Origin: Planctomycetota bacterium
Lineage (GTDB): Bacteria > Planctomycetota > Phycisphaerae > Sedimentisphaerales > Anaerobacaceae
Length of the DNA stretch: 64,000 nucleotides
Reading direction: 5' to 3'
NCBI GenBank assembly: GCA_030605475.1
Contig: JAUWIG010000043.1
Location: 20,405 to 84,404 of the forward strand
The translations under genes and the position numbers were made by a program. Below the pieces are notes generated by a model. The model did no database searches, was not told where the DNA came from, and saw only the letters and a program-made list of their open reading frames with translations. Shown here piece by piece: positions 45,834 to 54,618 of this stretch; within the stretch, counting starts at the first letter, position 1, and each line of letters opens with the position of its first letter.

Positions 45834-46964
45834 TTATTCTATGACGTGGATGTTTTTCTTTCTGCACATATCCTTGAATATCTTCGGCCAAACGGTGGCA
45901 CTGACCTCTCCAATGTGGGCTTTTTTGAGCAGTAACATAAAGGTACGGGACTGGCCGATGCCTCCGCCGACGCTGAGCGGGATTTCGTTGTTCAGGATTG
46001 CCTGGTGGTACGGGAGCTTCAGGAAATCAAGCTGGCCGGAAATCTCCAGCTGCTTTTTGAGCGTTTCGGCATTAACGCGGATACCCATTGATGTCAGCTC
46101 GTGGCGGCGCTTTGTCACCGGGTTCCAGACAAGGATGTCACCGTTAAGGCCGTGCATAGGTCTGCCGTCGTCGGAGGTAGTCTCAGTGACCCAGTCATCG
46201 TAGTCAGCGGCCCTGAGTTCGTGGGGGTAGCCGTCCTTGAGCACCCAGCCAATCCCGTAGATGAACATCGCGCCGAGGTCTCTGGCAATTTCTGTTTCTC
46301 GCTGCTTGCGCGGCAGGTCCAGGTAGCGGTCAAGTATGCCTTCGGCGTGTATGAAAGTGAGCTTGTCGGGCAGGTCTGGGTATTTATCTGTTTTTAGCTG
46401 GGGGAAAAGTTGCTGGACGTGGGCCTCAGCGCCTTTGATGACCTTCCAGATTTTCTCTACGATTTGCCTTAGGAACTGGAGGTTTCGCTGGTCTTTTGTT
46501 ATCGCCAGCTCCCAGTCCCACTGGTCCACATAGGCGCTGTGGTCGTGGTCGAGGAAGTAGTCCTTGCGGACGGCGCGCATATCAGTGAGCAGGCCCTCTC
46601 CGATGTCCATTTCGAACTGCTTGAGGGCGATGCGCTTCCACTTGGTCGCGGCTTGCACGACCTGGGCGTCGATTGGGTTCTTGTCGTGGTCGTTTGAGAT
46701 GTGGAACCCGATTGGGGTCCGTGAGCCATCACGGTCGAGGAGGTCGTTGATGCCGCTTTCGACGTCTACGATAAGAGGAACCGTAACGCGAATGAGGTTA
46801 AGCTCTTTGCAGAGATTGGCCTCGATGTAGTCTTTCACAGCATAGATGGCATTTTGCGTTTGCTTTGGGGACAGTAGAGAAGTGTAATCCTGTGGTAGGA
46901 TTTTCTCCAGCTCGGTATAGTCGCCAATACCTGGCCCGGCCAGGTCTGCTTTCTTGTCTGCCAT
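45834..46964 (-). CDS. asnA: aspartate--ammonia ligase (asparagine synthetase A)
   Basis: HSAYVDQWDWE and class-II synthetase-like blocks. The start is set at ATG 46964 with AGGAGAC 7 nt upstream. Confidence 0.8.
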   Translation of the reverse strand: MADKKADLAGPGIGDYTELEKILPQDYTSLLSPKQTQNAIYAVKDYIEANLCKELNLIRVTVPLIVDVESGINDLLDRDGSRTPIGFHISNDHDKNPIDAQVVQAATKWKRIALKQFEMDIGEGLLTDMRAVRKDYFLDHDHSAYVDQWDWELAITKDQRNLQFLRQIVEKIWKVIKGAEAHVQQLFPQLKTDKYPDLPDKLTFIHAEGILDRYLDLPRKQRETEIARDLGAMFIYGIGWVLKDGYPHELRAADYDDWVTETTSDDGRPMHGLNGDILVWNPVTKRRHELTSMGIRVNAETLKKQLEISGQLDFLKLPYHQAILNNEIPLSVGGGIGQSRTFMLLLKKAHIGEVSATVWPKIFKDMCRKKNIHVIE

Positions 46965-47081
46965 TGTGTTGTCTCCTGAGTGTTTTGTGGATAGGCACAT
47001 TCAATATAACATAGCTGGTCATTACTTAGGTGCGTTGCAAATAATAATCCCGGTGTTGATGCTTTTCAAGATTATTTTAGT
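46902..47081 (-). repeat. direct repeat copy A (asnA first about 21 codons, RBS and promoter-proximal block)
   Basis: Block 1 at 46902-46977 and block 2 at 47037-47081 are near-identical to 48645-48720 and 48778-48822. Confidence 0.85.
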
Positions 47082-47175
47082 ACAAAATCATATTTTATCT
47101 GGTATTTACTGAATATCACAGCAAAGATACAAACATTGCTCTATCTAAGCTTGGGACTAAAGCGGTCGGACGAGT

Positions 47176-48597
47176 CTACAAGTAGCCAAGACTCTTGAGT
47201 TTGTTGATTTCTTCCGGAGTGAGTGGTGGAAGCGAAGAGCCTGCTTTGCTAATACCCATAAAACTTTTCAGTTGTGCAAACATCGAATCGACGAGTGGGG
47301 TGTGCTTAGAGACGATATCAATTTTCTCCTTCGGGTCATTCTGCAGGTCAAAAAGCCGTTTTTCTTTTGTCAATTTATTATAATGGAGCTTATAGCGAGG
47401 ATGACGGACGGCACGTTTGATGTCATGCTTTACATCGTATTCCTGGGGCACTACGCTCTCTTTGCTGCCCTCGGCAAAGATGTAGCGCCGGCCCAGTTGA
47501 GTATCACTTTTTTCCCATAACCGGCACAGGTCGATACCGTCCATCGAATAAGGTATAGCAATGCCGAGCAGAGAGAGTACGGTGGGCATAACATCTACAA
47601 GGGAAATGATGTTGCTGAGGCGTTTTGGTTGGCCAAGCCCGGGTCCCCGCATGATGAGAGGGATGTGGATGAGTTCCTGGTACTGGGTTTGGCTGTGCAG
47701 GACTCCACCGTGGTCCAGGAATTCCTCGCCGTGGTCAGAAGTGACGATGATTAGCGAATTATCAAGTAGTCCCCTGGTTTCAAGGAGCTTTAGCAGCCGG
47801 GCGATGCCGTCGTCGAGCTGGCGAATGCTCGCGTCGTAGAGGTCAATCAGGTGCTCAGCGTCCACTTGGTTTAGCGAGACCAAATTCTTACGGAAAAGGG
47901 ATAGTTGCACGGTAGTGCCGTCTGCAACTCCCTTGTATGGACGGACGAACTGCTTCTCATAACGCAGCGTTGAACTATAATCGCTGTGGACGTCGTAGTA
48001 ATGCAGGAATAGGAAAAACGGCTGACTGCTGTTTTTCGATAGCCATTTTACGGTGTGGTGCTCAACTTCCGATGGCATCCACAGGTCAGGGATTTCCTCC
48101 ACGTAGGTAAAATCATCGAATCCTCTATCAAGCCCCCATTTTCGGCTGAGATATATGGAATTGACAACCGTTGCGGTTGAGAAGTCGTGTTCCTTAAGAA
48201 CATCGGCCAAAGTTACGACGTCGGTCGGCAAGTATTTGTCGAGTGATTTTAGACCGTGCCGATTAGGGTACAATCCGGTCAGCATGGACCCATGGGAGGG
48301 CAAGGTCCAGGGCGAAGTCGCCGTAACGTCCTCAAACAGCAGGCCCTGGGAGGCCAATTTGTCGAGTGTGGGTGAAGTGGGCCTTTGGTAGCCGTAGCAG
48401 CCGAGATGGTCGGCACGTAAAGTGTCAATCGAGATGAGTATGATGTTGGTCGGTCTTATATCAGCTTGCTTTTTCCCGCAGCCTCCCAGCCAAAGGCTAC
48501 CCGGCAGACCCGCCGCCAGACCACCGTAGAGTCCGTACTTCAACATCTCGCGCCGAGTCAGACCTCTGCTGTAAGTTCGCTTTCTACTCATACCCAT
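47176..48597 (-). CDS. sulfatase-like hydrolase (alkaline-phosphatase superfamily) lipoprotein, Thr variant of the active-site motif
   Basis: Tat-like/lipoprotein leader (TRREMLKYG..WLGGCG). SIDTLRADHLGCYGY and SDHGEEF blocks. The active-site position reads T-L-P-S-H instead of C/S-x-P-x-R. Confidence 0.8.
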   Translation of the reverse strand: MGMSRKRTYSRGLTRREMLKYGLYGGLAAGLPGSLWLGGCGKKQADIRPTNIILISIDTLRADHLGCYGYQRPTSPTLDKLASQGLLFEDVTATSPWTLPSHGSMLTGLYPNRHGLKSLDKYLPTDVVTLADVLKEHDFSTATVVNSIYLSRKWGLDRGFDDFTYVEEIPDLWMPSEVEHHTVKWLSKNSSQPFFLFLHYYDVHSDYSSTLRYEKQFVRPYKGVADGTTVQLSLFRKNLVSLNQVDAEHLIDLYDASIRQLDDGIARLLKLLETRGLLDNSLIIVTSDHGEEFLDHGGVLHSQTQYQELIHIPLIMRGPGLGQPKRLSNIISLVDVMPTVLSLLGIAIPYSMDGIDLCRLWEKSDTQLGRRYIFAEGSKESVVPQEYDVKHDIKRAVRHPRYKLHYNKLTKEKRLFDLQNDPKEKIDIVSKHTPLVDSMFAQLKSFMGISKAGSSLPPLTPEEINKLKSLGYL

Positions 48598-48644
48598 TCT
48601 GCCTTACTCTCAACATTATCAAGTGCCAAGCCTGTTCTCAGGAC

Positions 48645-48822
48645 TTTCTCCAGCTCGGTATAGTCGCCAATGCCTGGCCCAGCCAGGTCTGCTTTCTTGT
48701 CTGCCATTGTGTTGTCTCCTAAATGATTCGGGGCAAGCCATCCACAAGCTTCGCTTGAGGCTGCCACCCTACCGACTGCAAATAATAATCCCAGCGTTGA
48801 TGTTTTTCAAGATTATTTTAGT
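48645..48822 (-). repeat. direct repeat copy B (duplicated asnA 5' end and promoter-proximal block) upstream of the sulfatase-like gene
   Basis: It contains the ATG at 48707 plus 21 asnA-identical codons (MADKKADLAGPGIGDYTELEK). The sequence then diverges and stops, overlapping the sulfatase-like start codon. Confidence 0.85.
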
Positions 48823-48849
48823 TAAAAACTCCTTGTAAAATCCCGAGGA

Positions 48850-48903
48850 ATCGGGGCAAGCGTGGGGCCAAATATTTTTGGGACCCGCCTTCACGGGAAT
48901 GAC
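48850..48903 (-). repeat. composite REP-like module, inverted orientation
   Basis: The reverse complement reads gtcattcccgtgaaggcggg...ggccccacgcttgccccgat, the same two-part layout as 44270-44312. Confidence 0.55.
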
Positions 48904-49004
48904 ATTTTTGTAGTGGCTAAGAGATTGGTTTTGCGATAATATATTTGCCATCTTAATCCGAGTGTCTGGATTGTACGTTATCAGGTAGCCGTTAAGGTAA
49001 ATTT

Positions 49005-50102
49005 ATGGGCGAAGAGCAAAAAGATTCAACTTCAGGGACAGTTACAAAGAAAACGGTTCGGCCGGCTTTGATTGTATCAGAGAAAACAATCTCCGAGTAT
49101 TCGATATCCTTACATCATCTATTGGTTGGGCTGGCTGATGAGTCTATTGCTGTGAATCTGGTCTGTCCGCCGGGCTGCGATGTGGATTCGGTTGTATCGC
49201 CCTCTGTTGAGGTCGTCAGGCATCCGGTTTTTCAGCTGCCTTTGATGGGGTATCAAAATAAAAAGATACTTGTTGAACGGCTTGAAAAGTTCAAGCCAAG
49301 CGTTCTACACTGCTTGTGCGAGAGCAAAGCGAAACTTACGAGACAATTGGCGAGACAATTGGATTTGCCTTATGTGTTGACGGTTAATTCGCTGCAGGGG
49401 CGATTCGGTCAGCTTTCTATTTCGTTGAAGCGCTGTGCAAAAATCATAGTGCCGGCGAAGAGCATCGCGGCTAATATCGCGGCAGTTTACCCTAAGTTTG
49501 CCGAACGGATTGAGCAGATAAATATCGGCACTTTCGCGGGAGAGACAAGCGGCTGTTTCCGTGAGCCTGGGCGACTGGCGAGTGTAGTGGTAGGCGGTCC
49601 TTTGAGAAATGAGAGTGAGTTTGAGAAATTGCTTGGGGCGGTTAAGCATCTGGCGATTGAGGGGTATGAATTTATGCTGGTGTTGATAGGCGGGGGGCGG
49701 GCGGAGAGGCAACTGCGGGAATCGCTATCAGCACAGGGCCTTTTACAGATTGTTATTAGTGTTCCGAAATCGGCGCCGTGGCGTTCGGTTCTTGCGGCGG
49801 GCGATATTTTCATTCAGCCTGCAGCCAGCAGTGCCTTTAACCCTTTACTATTAGAGGCGATGAGTGTTGGGGCGGCTGTGGCAAGCTGTAAGGGTGGTGT
49901 TGACGATTTGATTATCGAGGGCAAGACCTGCGTTGTGTTTGACCCGGATGATGAGCTTAGTATAAGAGGGAGTCTGCAGGAGCTGCTCGACAGGCGAGAA
50001 TTTGCACAGCAACTGGCCAGAGGGGCACAGGAATATTTGAGAGAAAATCATACGGTCAGTAAAATGGTTTCTTCTATTTTGCAGATATACCGTGAGGCAT
50101 AA
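49005..50102 (+). CDS. GT-B glycosyltransferase (family 4/1-like)
   Basis: C-terminal half has FIQPAASSAFNPLLLEAMSVGAAVAS (E-x7-E-type block). Confidence 0.7.
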   Translation: MGEEQKDSTSGTVTKKTVRPALIVSEKTISEYSISLHHLLVGLADESIAVNLVCPPGCDVDSVVSPSVEVVRHPVFQLPLMGYQNKKILVERLEKFKPSVLHCLCESKAKLTRQLARQLDLPYVLTVNSLQGRFGQLSISLKRCAKIIVPAKSIAANIAAVYPKFAERIEQINIGTFAGETSGCFREPGRLASVVVGGPLRNESEFEKLLGAVKHLAIEGYEFMLVLIGGGRAERQLRESLSAQGLLQIVISVPKSAPWRSVLAAGDIFIQPAASSAFNPLLLEAMSVGAAVASCKGGVDDLIIEGKTCVVFDPDDELSIRGSLQELLDRREFAQQLARGAQEYLRENHTVSKMVSSILQIYREA

Positions 50103-50178
50103 GAGCGGCTGAAACGCTAAGGGCGGTTTTGGTCGCTGTACAGTAAGTTTATTACGAAGGTTAATAGCTAAGGGGTGT

Positions 50179-51366
50179 ATGATGGAGCGGATGAACAAGG
50201 GAGAACGTTCGGTAAGTCGGATTGTCGAGATTAAAACGCCTGGAGCGATTGTTTTTGGCGTGGGTGCTTGCGAGAAATTACCTGAGCGAATCAAGGCGTT
50301 GTCGAACGGCGCTGTCTTAATTGTGACCGATGCGGGGCTGGTGAAGGCTGGGACAGCAAAAAAGATTAAAGATTTAGTTTCATCAGCAGGGCTTGAGGCT
50401 GGGGTTTTCGATGGTGTTGAGCCCGACCCTGATAAGGAAAACGTTTACAAGTGCCTGGAGATGGTCAAATCCACGGGTGCTCAAGTGCTATTGGGGCTTG
50501 GCGGAGGCAGCAGTCTTGATGTTGCTAAGACGGCCGCAGTTCTAAGTGTAAGTGAGGGTCGATTAGCTGATTACGTGGGAATCAACAAAGTAGCCAAGAA
50601 GGGTCTGCCGACTGTTTTGCTGCCGACCACTTCCGGTACCGGCAGCGAGGTAAGCCCCATAGCTGTTATCTCCGACAAGAAGCAGCATTTGAAATTAGGC
50701 ATTGTGAGTCCGTATCTTTATTGTGATTTGGCTATTGTTGACCCGGGGCTGACGGTAAGCTGTCCGGCTGGTATTACCGCCTCGGCGGGAATGGATGCCC
50801 TTACCCACGCGATAGAGATATATACCAACAAGTTCTCCGTTCCTATTATTGACGCGATAGAGCTTGAAGCAATTCGTTTGATTGGGCGGCACCTTCGCAA
50901 ATGTGTTCAGGACGGAACAGACTTAGTCGCGCGGGAGGGGATGTCTCTTGCAGCTCTTTACGGGGGATTGGGTTTGGGGCCTGTTAATACCGCTGCGGTG
51001 CACGCATTAGCTTATCCATTGGGTGGAACGTTCGATGTCGCTCACGGCCTGGCTAACTCGATACTTCTGCCGTACGTTATGGAGTTTAACCGTCCGGCCC
51101 GCGAAGAAAAATTTGCGAAGATAGCCGATGCTCTGGGGACAGCCGGGGCAGAGAGTATGTCGGATAAAGCAAGCGCTGCGGTAAAGGCGGTTGTTGATTT
51201 GTCAAGGGACGTGGGTATCCCAAAACACATGCGAGATATTAATATTCCGGCGGATGCTATACCGGAGATGGCCGCCGGTGCTATGAAGGTGACGCGGCTG
51301 CTAAACAATAATCCGCGAGAAATGACGCTTGGAGATATCGAAGGGATATATCGGCTTGCCTATTGA
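50179..51366 (+). CDS. iron-containing alcohol dehydrogenase
   Basis: GLGGGSSLDVAK, TTSGTGSEV and His-rich metal site (DALTHAIE, HALAYPLGG..HG). Confidence 0.85.
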   Translation: MMERMNKGERSVSRIVEIKTPGAIVFGVGACEKLPERIKALSNGAVLIVTDAGLVKAGTAKKIKDLVSSAGLEAGVFDGVEPDPDKENVYKCLEMVKSTGAQVLLGLGGGSSLDVAKTAAVLSVSEGRLADYVGINKVAKKGLPTVLLPTTSGTGSEVSPIAVISDKKQHLKLGIVSPYLYCDLAIVDPGLTVSCPAGITASAGMDALTHAIEIYTNKFSVPIIDAIELEAIRLIGRHLRKCVQDGTDLVAREGMSLAALYGGLGLGPVNTAAVHALAYPLGGTFDVAHGLANSILLPYVMEFNRPAREEKFAKIADALGTAGAESMSDKASAAVKAVVDLSRDVGIPKHMRDINIPADAIPEMAAGAMKVTRLLNNNPREMTLGDIEGIYRLAY

Positions 51367-51415
51367 TGTTGAGGGCAATTCCTGTTGATACTAATCATGA
51401 AATTGGAGTCTTAAG

Positions 51416-53164
51416 ATGAAGGGTTTTTTTAATAAATTGCTGAGGGTCGACCTTTCTAAGCGGAGTTTCGGTTATGAAGACATTGGCGATGAGGTTTTGC
51501 GCCAGAGCTTAGGGGGCAAGGGATTAGGCTGCTATCTTCTGATGAAAGAGAATCCGCCGGGAGTTGACCCCTTTTCACCGGAAAACATTTTTGTAATTGC
51601 TACAGGGCCGGTGACGGGGACGAAGATGTGGAGCCAATCAAGGTTTGGAGTTTATTCGAAAAGCCCGGCTACCGGGGGCTACGGTGAGTCGTATTGCGGG
51701 GGGGAACTTGCGCCAAAGATTAAAGGCTGTGGTGTTGATGCTATTATTCTGCAAGGTAAATGCGAGGGCCTTTCATTTCTTGTGATTGACGAGAATGGGG
51801 CTTCTTTTCAGGATGCTTCGGGCCTTAAAGATAAAGATACCGCCGAGAGCGAAGAATACATCCTGGCACGAGCACCTGAAGAAGCCGGAGCTATGACAAT
51901 AGGGCCTGGGGGTGAAAACAGAGTGGCATTTGCCTGTATAAAAATAGATAGATGGCGCAGCCTCGGCCGGGGCGGTATGGGTGCTATCCTCGGCTCAAAG
52001 AATGTAAAGGGGATTGTATTTGCCGGTACAAAACAATGCGAGATAGAGGACGAGCAGCTGCTGAGGAAGGTCATTAAGGACGTAGCCAAAAAAGGGAAAG
52101 AGTCACCGGTCACAAAAAAGTATCAGCAATTAGGGACACCGATGCAGGTTGCGGTGACCAATAAGCAGAATTGTTTTCCGACGAGATACTGGCAGTCCGG
52201 TCACTTTTCAAAATGGGAGAATCTGTCGGCTGACTATATGCAAAAGAATTTCGAGGTCAAGGCGAAAGGGTGTCCGAACTGCTTTTTGAACTGTACGAAG
52301 CACTCGCGCATCAAACAGGGTCGTCATAAAGGGCTGGAATTAGATGGGCCGGAGTTTGAAACGATATACGCTATCGGCGGACTTAATGCTATCGACAGCT
52401 TAGAGGAAGTGGCCTGGCTGAACGTTATTTGTGATGAGCTGGGAATCGACACGATGAGCGCGGGCAACATTTCTTCTTTTGCCATCGAGGCCTGCAAAAG
52501 AGGTAAAATTGATTTTGAGATAGATTATAACCAGCCGGACCGCGTGGCTGAGCTTTATAGACTTATCGCTAAGAATGAGGGTGTAGGGGCGTTATTAGGT
52601 AAAGGGATAAAACACGCGGCGAAGGAACTGGGGCTGGAAGATATCGCCATACACGTGAAGGGCCTGGAGCCGGCAGGTTTCGACCCGAGAGTGCTTAAAG
52701 GTATGGGGCTTACCTACGCCGTTGCCGCCCGGGGGGCGTGTCACCTGCGGGGGACATTCTACAAAGCGGAACTGTCCGGAGAGATGGACAAAAATCAAAT
52801 TGAGGGCAAAGCCAGGCTGATGGTAGATTATGAGGACCGGGCGGCACTTTTTGACTCGTTGATTTTGTGCAGGTTTTATAGAGATTTTATTCTGTGGGAC
52901 GAGCTGGCGAGTATCATCAAGGCCACAACGGGTATGGACCTTAGTAAAAGTGAGCTTGAGGTGCTGGCAAACAAAATTACGCAACAGAGCCGTGAATACA
53001 ACAGACGAGAAGGGCTGGACAGCTCGAAAGACACATTGCCGAGGAGATTTCTGACCGAGGCGACCGAGGAGGGTGCAAAGCTGTCTGGGCAGGAACTTGA
53101 GATTATGATAAAAGAATACAACGATATCCGAGAATCGAGAGAGCGAGAAATTAGAAGTGTCTAA
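51416..53164 (+). CDS. aldehyde:ferredoxin oxidoreductase (AOR) family tungsto/molybdo-pterin enzyme
   Basis: N-terminal LRVDLSKRSF..GGKGLG..ATGPVTGT pattern. 4Fe-4S ligand motif CPNCFLNC (CxxCxxxC) plus distal LILCRF. Confidence 0.85.
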   Translation: MKGFFNKLLRVDLSKRSFGYEDIGDEVLRQSLGGKGLGCYLLMKENPPGVDPFSPENIFVIATGPVTGTKMWSQSRFGVYSKSPATGGYGESYCGGELAPKIKGCGVDAIILQGKCEGLSFLVIDENGASFQDASGLKDKDTAESEEYILARAPEEAGAMTIGPGGENRVAFACIKIDRWRSLGRGGMGAILGSKNVKGIVFAGTKQCEIEDEQLLRKVIKDVAKKGKESPVTKKYQQLGTPMQVAVTNKQNCFPTRYWQSGHFSKWENLSADYMQKNFEVKAKGCPNCFLNCTKHSRIKQGRHKGLELDGPEFETIYAIGGLNAIDSLEEVAWLNVICDELGIDTMSAGNISSFAIEACKRGKIDFEIDYNQPDRVAELYRLIAKNEGVGALLGKGIKHAAKELGLEDIAIHVKGLEPAGFDPRVLKGMGLTYAVAARGACHLRGTFYKAELSGEMDKNQIEGKARLMVDYEDRAALFDSLILCRFYRDFILWDELASIIKATTGMDLSKSELEVLANKITQQSREYNRREGLDSSKDTLPRRFLTEATEEGAKLSGQELEIMIKEYNDIRESREREIRSV

Positions 53165-53243
53165 AGTGAGCTAAAGTGGCTGAAGTTAGGTGGTGGGGTA
53201 AGCCCCAGCGTACAAGTATCGAGCATCGAGAGTAAATTTTCTT

Positions 53244-54593
53244 ATGAAAACAGTTTCGCTGAAGTACGGTAAAGAGCAGATAGAAGTCAATGTTCCTGAC
53301 TCGTCTGATATTTTATGCGGGGGGAAAGTTGAACCATTACCAGAGCCGGCAAAAGAGATTTGGCGTAGTTTGAATGAGCCGATAGGGACAGCGCCTTTGT
53401 CCGGATTGGCCAAAGGCTGCAAAGACGCTGCCATTGTGGTGTCGGACAGTACGCGGCCGGTGCCCTATAGCGGAGCAAATGGTATTTTGAAGCCTATAAT
53501 AGATACGCTTAAGAAAAACGACATCGGCCATATCAAGATTATCGTTGGAACCGGCACTCATCGCCCAATGGAGGAGAGTGAACTAAGAGAGATGCTTGGC
53601 GAATCTGCTTTTCAAGCGGGGGTGGAGGTCATAAACCACGTGGGTACGGATAGCTCAATGCTTCGCTCGATAGGCCAAACTGAGCGTACGCCCGATGTGA
53701 GCGTTAACAGTTATTACTTAGATGCTGAGCTAAAGATTGCCACCGGCCTTGTGGAACATCACTACATGGCTGGTTTTTCCGGCGGGCGCAAGGCGATTTG
53801 TCCCGGCATCTGCGGCCAAAGCGTGACGTACGGCTTTCACTCCGCCCCGATATTAAATGAGAAAAATACCGCGAGCCTGGTTTTAGAAGGCAACCCCTGC
53901 CACGAAGAGGCCCTGCGTATTGCAAAAATGGCTGGCGTGGATTTTAGTGTCAATGTTACGATTGATAACAACAAGCAGCTTACGGGTGTTTTTTCCGGCG
54001 GTCTGGAAGAGGCCCACCTCGCGGCGGCAGAGCATATTCGCGGCTCTATTTGCGTTGAGCTGGACAGGTTATATGATGTGGTTATCACCCAGGCAGATAA
54101 AGTTGGCGTCAATCATTACCAGAGTCTGAAGGCTGCGTTTGAAGCCAGCAGGGCGGTGAAACCCGAGGGCCGAATCGTGCTTTTAGCCAGGCTAACCGAC
54201 CCTGACGCGGTCGGCACTGAGGATTATAAGAGAATGCTTTCTCTGCTCGTCCGCTTAGGTCCTGAGAAACTTTGCGCCAGGCTTTTGTCCGACGACTGGA
54301 CTTTTGAGCCTGAGCAGTGGCAGGTCCAGATGTGGTCAAAGGTTTTCAAAAGGATTGGCAATCCGAAAAATTTATACACGTGCGCTATGCGGTTGGCTGA
54401 AGTTCCATGCGGATTGATAGCTGAGACCAACGTAGCTGCTGAAATCAAGCGTATTGGCGGCGAAGATGAATTGGCCTATGCCGAACGAATGGTCCAGACG
54501 ACCGTCGATAAGATATTAGCTGTATGTCCGGAGAGCAAGGCGCTCGTTTTGCCCGATGGGCCTTATACAGTGCCAAGTTACTCTCGTGGCTAA
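53244..54593 (+). CDS. LarA-like nickel-pincer-cofactor-dependent racemase/epimerase (DUF2088 family)
   Basis: VSDSTRP, GTGTHRPM, HYMAGFSGGRKAICPGI (Lys tether position) and GNPCHEE blocks as in lactate racemase LarA. Confidence 0.75.
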   Translation: MKTVSLKYGKEQIEVNVPDSSDILCGGKVEPLPEPAKEIWRSLNEPIGTAPLSGLAKGCKDAAIVVSDSTRPVPYSGANGILKPIIDTLKKNDIGHIKIIVGTGTHRPMEESELREMLGESAFQAGVEVINHVGTDSSMLRSIGQTERTPDVSVNSYYLDAELKIATGLVEHHYMAGFSGGRKAICPGICGQSVTYGFHSAPILNEKNTASLVLEGNPCHEEALRIAKMAGVDFSVNVTIDNNKQLTGVFSGGLEEAHLAAAEHIRGSICVELDRLYDVVITQADKVGVNHYQSLKAAFEASRAVKPEGRIVLLARLTDPDAVGTEDYKRMLSLLVRLGPEKLCARLLSDDWTFEPEQWQVQMWSKVFKRIGNPKNLYTCAMRLAEVPCGLIAETNVAAEIKRIGGEDELAYAERMVQTTVDKILAVCPESKALVLPDGPYTVPSYSRG

Positions 54594-54618
54594 TAGCCGC
54601 TGCTGAAGAGTCAGGATA

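Noticed and set aside
45763-46203. 146-aa plus-strand ORF, and other plus-strand ORFs across 46.1-46.8 kb
   Set aside because: They are antisense to asnA, which has the diagnostic HSAYVDQWDWE block. The composition is non-coding-like.
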